A stretch of 39,170 nt of DNA from Candidatus Uhrbacteria bacterium RIFOXYB12_FULL_58_10 (GCA_943357025.1 CALRGA010000002.1:1-39170), one strand, 5' to 3'. Shown: positions 1-6,816, numbered from the stretch's first letter. Notes: a model not told the origin generated them from the letters alone. Made by a program: numbers and translations.

Positions 1-526
1 CCGAGAACAATGCCGTCGGCGACGGGGCCGCGAACAGCTGGTCGCCCGGCCGCAGGTCGAACCCGCCTCCGAACGCGAACACGGAAAGGTTCGACGCGTC
101 GAGCTTCAGGAACGTCGCCCCCGTGGACGGGTCCGTCGTCTTCCGCAGCACCGAGTGGGCGCGCCCGCCGACGATCACGGACATCCCCGCGGCCGCCGGT
201 GGGTTCTCGAACCGCGTCACCATCCAGCCGTCGGACGTCAGAACCGCGCCGCTCGCGATCGGCTTCGCGAACGATCCGGCCGCATAAATCTGCGCGACGC
301 CCGGAAGGACACTTTCGCTGACGACCCGAACCGCGTCGGCGTACGTCGCCGGCGTCGACCTCGGCCGCTCCTCCGAAAGCCGCGGCGACGAGGACGCCTG
401 CCCGAGCGACACCGCGTAGTCGCTCAGATGGCTCGCCGTAAGCGCCGCCCCGATCGCCCCCGCGCCCAGGCCGAGGAGGATCGCGAGAACCGTTGTCTTG
501 ATGAGTTGGGATTGGGTTGGGGTCAT
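1..526 (-). CDS. Membrane-anchored trypsin-like (S1C/HtrA-like fold) protein, N-terminal part only; 3' end runs off the left edge
   Basis: Own translation of the minus strand from ATG 526..524: MTPTQSQLIKTTVLAILLGLGAGAIGAAL (TM helix) ...ASGAVLTSDGWMVTRFENPP...GATFLKLDASNLSVFAFGGG..LRPGDQLFA. This is colinear with the GSGF..DGY.VTN.HVV / D.AVLDV / G..V.AIG blocks of the HtrA at 19721-20971. Strong G/C third-position bias and open to position 1. Absent from the ORF track because no stop lies in the window. Confidence 0.5.
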   Translation of the reverse strand, partial: MTPTQSQLIKTTVLAILLGLGAGAIGAALTASHLSDYAVSLGQASSSPRLSEERPRSTPATYADAVRVVSESVLPGVAQIYAAGSFAKPIASGAVLTSDGWMVTRFENPPAAAGMSVIVGGRAHSVLRKTTDPSTGATFLKLDASNLSVFAFGGGFDLRPGDQLFAAPSPTALFS

Positions 527-534
527 AGAAAAGA

Positions 535-1305
535 TTACGTCCATCGCGCCGTCCCGAGAATCGTCACGAGCAGGACGACGCCCGTCATGACGTATCTTCG
601 GACGGTCGATTTCGACAGGCTCTCAACGAAACGGGCGCGCGTCAAGCCGAGGAAGAGGTATGCCGTGAGGGCGATGAGCGCCGCATTCGTGTAAAATCCG
701 GTAGGAAGATAGGTGACGGTCAGGAATATTTCCGTGACGAGCAGCGCTCCGCAGACCGCGTACAGCCTCGCCTGCGCCACGTCGACCTTGCTCGCCCACA
801 GCGTCCCGAAGATCACGAACAGCGACACGACGAAGAAGAGCGCGGAGAGCAGCCACAGCGGCGCGTACGCCGTCAGAAAGATGCGCGTCCCGAACGCGAC
901 CACGCTCACGAAGAACACGCTCGCCACGTTGAGCACGAGCGACAGGTGCTCGATGGCGTACGTCTCGTAGTTCGCCGGAAGGTGGACGTACGAGAAGACG
1001 TGCTCGGCAAAAAAGAGAAGGAACAGGGAAACGGTCACGGCGAGCGCGACCTGGGCCGGGAAATTTTCCATGAAAAGCAGGAGGCCGAAGCTGGAGACGA
1101 GGAACAGCGTCGGCGTTCCCGTCAGCATCCAGAACTGAAATGCCCTCGGAAGAAATCCAACGAGCCGTGCGAACAGCAGCGCGACGACCGCGACGGTCGC
1201 CGCCATCACCGCGAGCGGATTCAAGCGGAGAACGAAAATCGTCGCGAACCCGAGGGCCGAGGACAGGCCGATGAAGAACGGGGTGATGCGGTGGACGATG
1301 ATCAT
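535..1305 (-). CDS. Polytopic integral membrane protein (about 8 hydrophobic helices), function unknown
   Basis: ORF 535..1374 trimmed to ATG 1305 (MIIVHRITPFFIGLSS...). This gives an ATGA start/stop overlap with the upstream gene (stop 1302-1304). The sequence is almost entirely hydrophobic helices, and the N-terminal 23 codons of the track ORF are Arg/His-rich. Confidence 0.65.
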   Translation of the reverse strand: MIIVHRITPFFIGLSSALGFATIFVLRLNPLAVMAATVAVVALLFARLVGFLPRAFQFWMLTGTPTLFLVSSFGLLLFMENFPAQVALAVTVSLFLLFFAEHVFSYVHLPANYETYAIEHLSLVLNVASVFFVSVVAFGTRIFLTAYAPLWLLSALFFVVSLFVIFGTLWASKVDVAQARLYAVCGALLVTEIFLTVTYLPTGFYTNAALIALTAYLFLGLTRARFVESLSKSTVRRYVMTGVVLLVTILGTARWT

Positions 1306-1925
1306 TGCAAGTTCTCGTTCAGGGACGCGATGGCCGGGGTGATGGCCGGCATCACGATCGAGGCGATGAACCACTCGGGCGCCGCGAAGGAGCCGATGAA
1401 GAGCTCGTCCACGCGCAGGGCGATCTTCCCGCCGTCATCGAAAAGGTCGACGTTCGCCACGATGGCGCTTGCCATCGCATTGTCGCGCAACGGAAGGAAC
1501 AGTTCAATCCCCTGTCCGTCAATCCTGGCGGCCTGGGCCGAACGCTCGTCAAGCCATGTCTGTCCGCTCGTGGCAAGCGCGTCCCGCAGGGTCACGGTCA
1601 GCGTGGATTCCGGAATGTCCGCGAACGACCCCTTGAACGTCCCGCCGCTCACGTACGCCTTGAATGAAAGCCCGGGAGCGACCGTCCGGATCGGCGACGG
1701 CTTCTCGTACGCGATGCGGAAGAGAACGGGGACCCCGATGATCCCCGTCGCCGCGACGACCCAGGCGACGAACCCCCCGATCGCCACGATCGCGACGACG
1801 ACAAGAGCCGCGCACGACCGAAGCCACGGACGCTTCGACTTGCCCTTCTCCACGGCCTTCAGGATGTCGCCCTTCATGTGCGACACCTCCTCCGACATCC
1901 GCTGGTTTTTTTCGACGCGTGCCAT
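1302..1925 (-). CDS. Hypothetical single-pass membrane protein
   Basis: 207-aa ORF with a charged N-terminus, one TM helix (CAALVVVAIVAIGGFVAWVVAATGIIGV) and a soluble domain. GC3 bias fits and it is translationally coupled (ATGA) to the downstream gene. No family recognised. Confidence 0.6.
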   Translation of the reverse strand: MARVEKNQRMSEEVSHMKGDILKAVEKGKSKRPWLRSCAALVVVAIVAIGGFVAWVVAATGIIGVPVLFRIAYEKPSPIRTVAPGLSFKAYVSGGTFKGSFADIPESTLTVTLRDALATSGQTWLDERSAQAARIDGQGIELFLPLRDNAMASAIVANVDLFDDGGKIALRVDELFIGSFAAPEWFIASIVMPAITPAIASLNENLQ

Positions 1926-1931
1926 GCGGGA

Positions 1932-2384
1932 TTACGGCGCAAGCCACGCGTCGGCGGCGGCGATCTTCGTCAGCTTCGCGTAGCCCGTCGCGAGCGACCC
2001 TTCCTCCCCGCGCAGTCCGTCGCGCATCAGCGAAAGCGACACCGCGAGGCCGAGGTGAACGTCCTTGTACGACGCGGGAACGGTGATCGGCATCAGCGCC
2101 GCGAGCGCGTCCTCGACGAGCCCGAGCCTGATTCCGTCGTTTGACGCGGCAGAATACGACACGAGAAACGGCGCGATCACGGCGTGCGCGTTCGCCCGAT
2201 AGTCGGCGTCGGTAACGGCTGGCGTCGGCGAGACGTCCGACGACCTCACCCCGGCCCTCTCCTTTTGAAGGAGAGGGAGGCGTGTCGACTGGCTGAGGGT
2301 GAAAAACATCAGCGATCCGAGCGCGAGCGTCAAAATCGCGATGACGAGCGGGTAGAACGATCGGCGTTGGTGGAACAATGGCAT
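1932..2384 (-). CDS. Hypothetical single-pass membrane protein
   Basis: 150-aa ORF with an N-terminal TM helix (FYPLVIAILTLALGSLMFFTL). Lies 3 nt after the transporter stop and 6 nt before the next gene. Contains an in-frame GC-rich hairpin element (2244-2277). Confidence 0.55.
   Translation of the reverse strand: MPLFHQRRSFYPLVIAILTLALGSLMFFTLSQSTRLPLLQKERAGVRSSDVSPTPAVTDADYRANAHAVIAPFLVSYSAASNDGIRLGLVEDALAALMPITVPASYKDVHLGLAVSLSLMRDGLRGEEGSLATGYAKLTKIAAADAWLAP
2244..2277 (-). repeat. GC-rich hairpin element (family: CCCCTC(T)CCTT-loop-AAGGAG(A)GGGG + GGTGAGG-like tail), minus orientation, inside a CDS
   Basis: ccctctcctt (2255-2264) / aaggagaggg (2268-2277), 10-bp stem with a 3-nt loop. 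Flanked by cctcaccccgg, the reverse complement of the ccGGGGTGAGG tail. Same design as 18637-18671 and 26847-26879. Encodes ..LPLLQKERAGVRS.. in frame. Confidence 0.45.
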
Positions 2385-2387
2385 AGG

Positions 2388-3407
2388 CTAGGCATTATCA
2401 CCGGTTCTAAACAGATCCTCGAGCACGACCGCGACCATCGTCGCCACGGGAATCGACAGGATGGCTCCCACGAACCCCGCAAGCTTCAGGCCGACCATGA
2501 CCGCCACGATGGACGCGATCGGATTCAGTCCCGTCACCTTCTGCATGATCTTCGGCACGAGCACGTGGTTTTCAACCTGCTGGATGACGACGTACAGGAT
2601 GAGCACCGCCAGCCCGAGAACGGGCGACTGCACGAACCCGATGATGACGGCGGGAATGACGGAGAGCGTCGGCCCGACGTACGGGATGATCTCGAACAGC
2701 CCGGCCAGCACGGCGAGCAGCAGGGCGTACTTCACGCCGAGAATCGTCAGTCCGATGTACGCGCAGACGCCGACCACGAGCCCGAGGATCAGCTGCCCGC
2801 GCAGCCACGCGCCGATCTTCGACTGCATCTTCGCGATCGTCTGCAGCAGGTACGGCTGGTATTCAACCGGCGCGAAGCTGCGGAACAGCTTACGGGCCGC
2901 GTCCTCCTCGACGACCATGTAGAACGACAGCACGAGGACGACGAACAGCGCGACGAACCCCGACAGGAACCCGGCCACCTGCGAGAACAGCGCCGTCACG
3001 GACGTCACCTCGCCCGAGACCAGCGACCCGAGGAAGTTCTGCACGTCGAACAGCGTCCGTACCTTCGCGAGCCCCTGCTGCAGCACGCTCGCGAACGGCC
3101 CGGAGCCGAACAGCTGCGTCACCTGCTCGATGATCACCGGCACGATGAGCACCGTCACCGCCGCCGCGATCGTCCCGAGACCGAGATAGACGATAAGCAC
3201 CGCGAGCGAACGCGGCACCTTATTTTTCTCGAACCAGTCCGCGAACGGATCGATGAGCGCCGCGAGCAGCAGCGCGACCAGCAGCATCGCCATGATGTCC
3301 CGGACATACCAGAGAAACCACGCCGAAAGCCCGATCAGCACGACCTTCACGAAGGTCATCGTGGAGACGTTGATGGTATGGTCCTGCGGAATGAGGGGAG
3401 AGCGCAT
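2388..3407 (-). CDS. AI-2E family transporter (PerM/YhhT-like, UPF0118)
   Basis: Multi-TM protein with a family-typical pattern (..LLAALIDPFADWFEKNKVPRSLAVLIVYL.., ..AWLRGQLILGLVVGV.., ..IIPYVGPTLSVIPAVIIGF..). Track ORF 2388..3626 trimmed to ATG 3407 (MRSPLIPQ...). That start sits 9 nt downstream of a perfect extended -10, and the upstream part of the ORF would overlap the ssrA promoter and gene. Confidence 0.8.
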   Translation of the reverse strand: MRSPLIPQDHTINVSTMTFVKVVLIGLSAWFLWYVRDIMAMLLVALLLAALIDPFADWFEKNKVPRSLAVLIVYLGLGTIAAAVTVLIVPVIIEQVTQLFGSGPFASVLQQGLAKVRTLFDVQNFLGSLVSGEVTSVTALFSQVAGFLSGFVALFVVLVLSFYMVVEEDAARKLFRSFAPVEYQPYLLQTIAKMQSKIGAWLRGQLILGLVVGVCAYIGLTILGVKYALLLAVLAGLFEIIPYVGPTLSVIPAVIIGFVQSPVLGLAVLILYVVIQQVENHVLVPKIMQKVTGLNPIASIVAVMVGLKLAGFVGAILSIPVATMVAVVLEDLFRTGDNA

Positions 3408-3416
3408 AACGAGAAG

Positions 3417-3425
3417 ATTATAGCA
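3417..3425 (-). promoter_or_regulatory. Extended -10 promoter (TGcTATAAT) for the AI-2E operon, leaderless-type
   Basis: The minus strand reads tgTGcTATAATcttctcgttATG. TATAAT is exactly 9 nt from ATG 3407 and there is no SD. No good -35, but the TGn extension is present. Confidence 0.4.
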
Positions 3426-3432
3426 CAATCGA

Positions 3433-3461
3433 TTGACGGAAGACGATTTTTCTGAGATACT
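3433..3461 (+). promoter_or_regulatory. Sigma70-like promoter of ssrA
   Basis: TTGACG (3433-3438), 17 nt, GATACT (3456-3461), ending 8 nt before the mature tmRNA 5' G at 3470. Confidence 0.5.
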
Positions 3462-3469
3462 TTGCTTCC

Positions 3470-3867
3470 GGGGCTGTCCGGGGTTCGCTAGGGACAGGAG
3501 GCCAGATGAGCAAGCCGAGGTTGTGAAGATCCTCGTAAATCCTCTTTGCAAAAAGACAATTGCCAACGTCTTCGCGAAGGCCAAGAACATGATCGCATCG
3601 GCGTTCTCCGTTCCGACCTTCTCCATGGTTGTCGCCTAATAGCAACAGCCCATCCGTCCCCTGACGTCCGATAGCGGGATCCGGGTGTTATAAGCATCGG
3701 GCTGGGTGATGCCGTTTCCGTCCAGCATCACCGAGGAGGCAGGCGGGACCGTTCGCATGGGTTTTGTCCCGCTCACATCATGCGACCGTATCCAGGCGGG
3801 ACTGAGCTTGAAGAAACATCCGGCTGAGCGTCCTTACACGGGAGTTCGATTCTCCCCAGCTCCACCA
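3470..3867 (+). ncRNA. ssrA: tmRNA (transfer-messenger RNA), one-piece
   Basis: The 5' GGGGCTG pairs with the 3' CAGCTCC-ACCA, including the G3:U wobble used by AlaRS. T-arm GGGAG-TTCGATT-CTCCC at 3840-3856. Internal tag frame GCC AAC GTC ... GTT GTC GCC TAA TAG (3562-3642) with a double stop. Adjacent to smpB. Confidence 0.9.
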
Positions 3868-3898
3868 AAAAATATCCAGCGAGCGCTGGATATTTTTT
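3867..3898. terminator. Bidirectional intrinsic terminator between ssrA and smpB
   Basis: aaaaa-ATATCCAGC-gagc-GCTGGATAT-ttttt: a perfect stem flanked by an A-run and a T-run, between convergent genes. Confidence 0.6.
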
Positions 3899-3906
3899 GT
3901 TCCCTT

Positions 3907-4350
3907 CTATTCCTTCATCCGCGCCCGAATGTCCCGTTGCACGTCGCGCTTCTTCAAAACCTCGCGCTTCTCGTACTGCTTCTTTCCCTTCGCCAGCGCG
4001 AACTCGAGCTTGATGAGCGCCTGCTTGGTGTACACGGTTATCGGCACGAGCGTGAGGCCGTTCTCGTGGGTCTTGCCGATGAGCCGCCGCAGCTCGCGCT
4101 TGTGGATGAGAACCTTGCGCTCGCGGATCGGATCGTATCCCGGCTGTTCCCCGGCCGGCCCGTACTTCGAGACCGTCGCGCCCTTCAGCCACAGCTCGCC
4201 GCGGCGGATGTGCAGGAACGATCCCTGCAGCTGGATGTGCCCCGCCTTCACGCTCTTCGTCTCCGCCCCGGTCAATTTCAACCCGCCCTCGAGCTTCTCG
4301 AGGAACTCATAGTCGAACGACGCGCGCTTGTTGGTGGCGAGGGTTGGCAT
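3907..4350 (-). CDS. smpB: SsrA-binding protein SmpB
   Basis: MPTLATNKRASFDYEFLEKLEGGLKLTGAETKSVKAGHIQLQGSFLHI...LIHKRELRRLIGKTHENGLTLVPITVYTKQALIKLEFALAKGKKQYEKRE is a canonical SmpB sequence. Track ORF trimmed to ATG 4350, which is 9 nt from a -10 box. Confidence 0.9.
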   Translation of the reverse strand: MPTLATNKRASFDYEFLEKLEGGLKLTGAETKSVKAGHIQLQGSFLHIRRGELWLKGATVSKYGPAGEQPGYDPIRERKVLIHKRELRRLIGKTHENGLTLVPITVYTKQALIKLEFALAKGKKQYEKREVLKKRDVQRDIRARMKE

Positions 4351-4359
4351 AACGTGGGC

Positions 4360-4388
4360 ATCATAGCGCCGCGGAGGAGCGTTGACAA
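4360..4388 (-). promoter_or_regulatory. Sigma70-like promoter of smpB, leaderless-type
   Basis: The minus strand reads TTGTCA-17 nt-TATGAT-gcccacgtt-ATG (N9 to the start, no SD). Confidence 0.5.
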
Positions 4389-4426
4389 ACGAAAAAACCC
4401 AAGAGTTCATTTTTTATCGGCTTCCC

Positions 4427-4455
4427 TTGCCCTTTCCGCCAATCTCCGCTACTAT
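4427..4455 (+). promoter_or_regulatory. Sigma70-like promoter of infC
   Basis: TTGCCC (4427-4432), 17 nt, TACTAT (4450-4455). The start codon region (TTG 4461 / ATG 4467) lies 5-11 nt downstream, so the leader is very short. Confidence 0.45.
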
Positions 4456-4466
4456 CCTCCTTGACT

Positions 4467-5018
4467 ATGCGCATTCATCGCCATCGCAACCAAAAGCCGA
4501 AGCTCAATATTCCGACCTTTCGGATCAACGAGCAGATCGACAACCCGGAGATTCGAGTGATCGACGACAAGGACGTGCAGCTTGGGATCATTCCCACGTC
4601 GCAGGCGATGGAACTGGCGCGATCGCGCGAGCTCGATTTGGTGGAGGTTTCGCCGAAGGCGGAGCCGCCGGTGTGCAAGATTTTGGACTTCGGGCATTTC
4701 AAGTACCAGAAGGAGAAGGAAGTGCGCAAGCAGAAGGCCCAGTCGCACGAGGTGGAAATCAAGGGAATCCGGCTTTCCCTGCGCATCGGCATCGGCGACC
4801 TCGAGATTCGGCGCCAGCAGGCCAAGAAGTTCTTCGAGCGCGGCGACAAGATCAAGATCGAGCTTCGCCTCCGAGGCCGCGAAAAGGCCCACGTCGACGT
4901 CGCCAAGGGCGTGGTCAACAAGTTCGTGGAAATGATAAAGGCCGACTTCCCCATCCGCGTCGAAGCTCCGCTCCAGGTGATGGGTGGGACGATTACCATG
5001 GTGTTGGCGAGGGGATGA
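4467..5018 (+). CDS. infC: Translation initiation factor IF-3
   Basis: ..RINEQIDNPEIRVIDDKDVQLGIIPTSQAMELARSRELDLVEVSPKAEPPVCKILDFGHFKYQKEKEVRKQK...IKGIRLSLRIGIGDLEIRRQQAKKFFERGDKIKIELRLRGRE.. is typical IF-3, followed by rpmI-rplT. The start is uncertain (ATG 4467, TTG 4461); infC is known for unusual start codons. Confidence 0.9.
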   Translation: MRIHRHRNQKPKLNIPTFRINEQIDNPEIRVIDDKDVQLGIIPTSQAMELARSRELDLVEVSPKAEPPVCKILDFGHFKYQKEKEVRKQKAQSHEVEIKGIRLSLRIGIGDLEIRRQQAKKFFERGDKIKIELRLRGREKAHVDVAKGVVNKFVEMIKADFPIRVEAPLQVMGGTITMVLARG

Positions 5019-5023
5019 GGCAT

Positions 5024-5115
5024 GTGGATACGAATCAACGAATCCGCTACAAAACTACGTAAGCTACGGATTGCTACGTATCCACATTCGTAGAAATTCG
5101 TTATTTCGTATCCCC
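5024..5115 (+). repeat. AT-rich palindromic intergenic element, copy A (GTGGATACGAAT...ATTTCGTATCCCC)
   Basis: Terminal inverted repeat GGATACGAA (5026-5034) / TTCGTATCC (5106-5114). The interior is built from CTACG/TACGAAT/ATTCGTA words. The first ~48 nt align with copy C (26786..) and with the reverse complement of copy B (22943-23064). Confidence 0.6.
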
Positions 5116-5125
5116 TTCCATCTCC

Positions 5126-5154
5126 TTGACACGGTTTCCTCTTTTCCTTATACT
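5126..5154 (+). promoter_or_regulatory. Sigma70-like promoter of rpmI-rplT
   Basis: TTGACA (5126-5131), 17 nt, TATACT (5149-5154). AGGA lies 11 nt before ATG 5180. Confidence 0.5.
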
Positions 5155-5179
5155 CCCCCCGAATAGGAATATCCCTCAT

Positions 5180-5380
5180 ATGCCCAAACTCAAGCCTCAC
5201 AAGGCCCTTACCAAGCGCGTCAAGATCTCTCCCACGGGAAAGGTGCTGAAGCGCCGCAGCGGCCAGAACCACTACAACAGCCGCGTCTCGGGAAAGATCA
5301 CGCGCAAGAAGCGCCGTGACCAGTCGCTTTCCCCGGCCCACACCCGCGCCATCAAGACCCTGATTCCGGGCACTAAATAA
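5180..5380 (+). CDS. rpmI: 50S ribosomal protein L35
   Basis: MPKLKPHKALTKRVKISPTGKVLKRRSGQNHYNSRVSGKITRKKRR.. is a canonical L35 N-terminus. Track ORF 5126..5380 trimmed to ATG 5180. Conserved infC-rpmI-rplT order. Confidence 0.9.
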   Translation: MPKLKPHKALTKRVKISPTGKVLKRRSGQNHYNSRVSGKITRKKRRDQSLSPAHTRAIKTLIPGTK

Positions 5381-5387
5381 ACATCCT

Positions 5388-5735
5388 ATGCCACGTGTCA
5401 AACGAGGCGTACAACACAACAAGCGCCGCAAGAGTCTTCTGAAGAAGACGAAGGGCATGATGTGGGGTCGCAAATCCAAGATCAAGCTTGCCCGTACCGC
5501 CGAGCTCAAGGCCGGCGCCTACGCCTTCCGCGACCGACGCGCCAAAAAGCGCGTCATGCGCTCGCTCTGGCAGGTTCGGCTGAACGCCGCGGTTCGCCCG
5601 CTCGGCCTCAGCTACAGCCGTTTCATGGACGCGGTCCACAAGGCGGGAATCGAAGTCGATCGCAAGATCCTCTCGACCATCGCCAAGGACCACCCGGCCG
5701 TGTTCGAGGCCATCGTCGCCCAGGTCAAGAAATAA
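5388..5735 (+). CDS. rplT: 50S ribosomal protein L20
   Basis: MPRVKRGVQHNKRRKSLLKKTKGMMWGRKSKIKLARTAELKAGAYAFRDRRAKKR..WQVRLNAAVR..GLSYSRFM is canonical L20. Confidence 0.92.
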   Translation: MPRVKRGVQHNKRRKSLLKKTKGMMWGRKSKIKLARTAELKAGAYAFRDRRAKKRVMRSLWQVRLNAAVRPLGLSYSRFMDAVHKAGIEVDRKILSTIAKDHPAVFEAIVAQVKK

Positions 5736-5740
5736 CAGGA

Positions 5741-5777
5741 ATCGGCCGTCGTCACTTGACGAAACGGCCGATTTTTT
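5741..5777 (+). terminator. Intrinsic terminator after rplT
   Basis: ATCGGCCGT-14 nt loop-ACGGCCGAT followed by TTTTTT. Confidence 0.65.
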
Positions 5778-5784
5778 GTATAGT
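5756..5784 (+). promoter_or_regulatory. Sigma70-like promoter overlapping the rplT terminator
   Basis: TTGACG (5756-5761), 17 nt, TATAGT (5779-5784). The downstream gene has a leader of roughly 50 nt with SD GAGGAGG (5830-5836). Confidence 0.45.
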
Positions 5785-5839
5785 CCTCCTCCGCTGGACG
5801 CATTTCGCGACCACGGAAAATCTACCCCCGAGGAGGCCG

Positions 5840-6805
5840 ATGTCCAAAGATAAACCCACCCCGCCGCTCCATGCGGATCCGACCAAGCTCGCCCTCGACG
5901 ACGATCTCGACGGGATCGACGAAGTCACGGACGAACCTCCGCACTACCTCGGCCCGCCCTTGATCCCCGAGCCCGGCCTCGCGGATTCCCAAGGCGCCCC
6001 GACCAAGGTCGAAGTCACCTTCGACACGCTCAACGAGCGGACGATTCACGAGTCCGCGCTGCATTCAACCTCTGATCGGAGCCGAATCGCCTCTCAACTC
6101 GACGACACGCTCGGTCCCGCAAACGCACCCAAGGAGATTCTCATGCCACCGACCAACCCCGTTCCCACGCCCGCCGCCAAGAAGCCTCGCGGATTGCCCT
6201 ATGCCATCGCCGGCATCGTCACCGTCGTTGCCGTTCTCGTCGCCGTCGGCGTCGTCGATCCGACGAAGCGGTTCGCCGAGCGGAACGCGGACACGACGGC
6301 CTCGGCCAGGCTCTCGCTGGCCGACGAGGCTCCGGACGCGTTCGTCCCGCCGCCCGAGATCGAGACTCCCGAGCCAGTCGTCGAGCGACCCGCGTTCGAG
6401 GCGAACCCGACGACAGGATACGAGGCCGACGAGGCCGTCCAAACCGTGGCCGCCGCGCCGCCAGAGGCTCCGGTCGTCGTGGCCGTCCCGACCTCAGGCG
6501 GGACCCCGCCAACGGCGGTGGTCGTCGCCGCGGCCGTCCCGCCCGCCCCGCTCCCCGCGCCGAAGGCAACCCTCCCCGAGTCCCTGGTCGTCTCGGCCAC
6601 CGGCCTCAAGCCCGCGTGCAAGGCGGCCTGCGCCTGGGCCAACGTCGACCCGAAGGACGGCTTCCCGTACACGTTGGACGGCAAGCGTGACGTGACGTGC
6701 GGCGCCGCGACGTACAGCGTCTCCAAGTGGGAAAAGATCAAGGACGGCAAGCAGGCCTACTGCTTTACGGCCACCGGCCTCTCGGAAGAACCCGCCGGCC
6801 CCTGA
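5840..6805 (+). CDS. Hypothetical single-pass membrane protein, acidic N-terminus, Pro/Ala-rich stalk, Cys-containing C-terminal domain
   Basis: Track ORF 5462..6805 trimmed to ATG 5840 (MSKDKPTPPLH..), which is preceded by GAGGAGG; the upstream part overlaps rplT out of frame. TM helix LPYAIAGIVTVVAVLVAVGVV. C-terminal ..KPACKAACAWANVDPKDGFPYTLDGKRDVTCGAATYSVSKWEKIKDGKQAYCF. Confidence 0.65.
   Translation: MSKDKPTPPLHADPTKLALDDDLDGIDEVTDEPPHYLGPPLIPEPGLADSQGAPTKVEVTFDTLNERTIHESALHSTSDRSRIASQLDDTLGPANAPKEILMPPTNPVPTPAAKKPRGLPYAIAGIVTVVAVLVAVGVVDPTKRFAERNADTTASARLSLADEAPDAFVPPPEIETPEPVVERPAFEANPTTGYEADEAVQTVAAAPPEAPVVVAVPTSGGTPPTAVVVAAAVPPAPLPAPKATLPESLVVSATGLKPACKAACAWANVDPKDGFPYTLDGKRDVTCGAATYSVSKWEKIKDGKQAYCFTATGLSEEPAGP
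6494..6521 (+). repeat. 28-nt exact repeat (copy 1, inside a CDS)
   Basis: tcaggcgggaccccgccaacggcggtgg is identical to 10723-10750. Encodes ..SGGTPPTAVV.. in frame. Confidence 0.5.
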
Positions 6806-6816
6806 CCGGCCCCGCT

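Noticed and set aside
1302-1305. Alternative genetic code (UGA recoding, as in some CPR lineages).
   Set aside because: TGA is used as a genuine stop in several well-defined genes (ATGA overlaps at 1302-1305, 16551-16554 and 24718-24721; the giant gene ends in TGA). No conserved protein shows in-frame TGA.
3433-4464. ORFs 3433..3639(+), 3418..3645(-), 3488..3697(-), 3706..4464(+) and 3773..4192(-) as protein genes.
   Set aside because: They overlap the tmRNA gene or are antisense to smpB. ORF 3433..3639 merely contains the tmRNA tag frame.
5785-5838. SD-sequestering hairpin: CCTCCTC (5785-5791) is perfectly complementary to the SD GAGGAGG (5830-5836) of the gene at 5840.
   Set aside because: The CCTCCTC lies immediately after the -10 hexamer (5779-5784). 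It would be mostly upstream of the expected transcription start unless another promoter or rplT read-through is used. Noted but unsupported.
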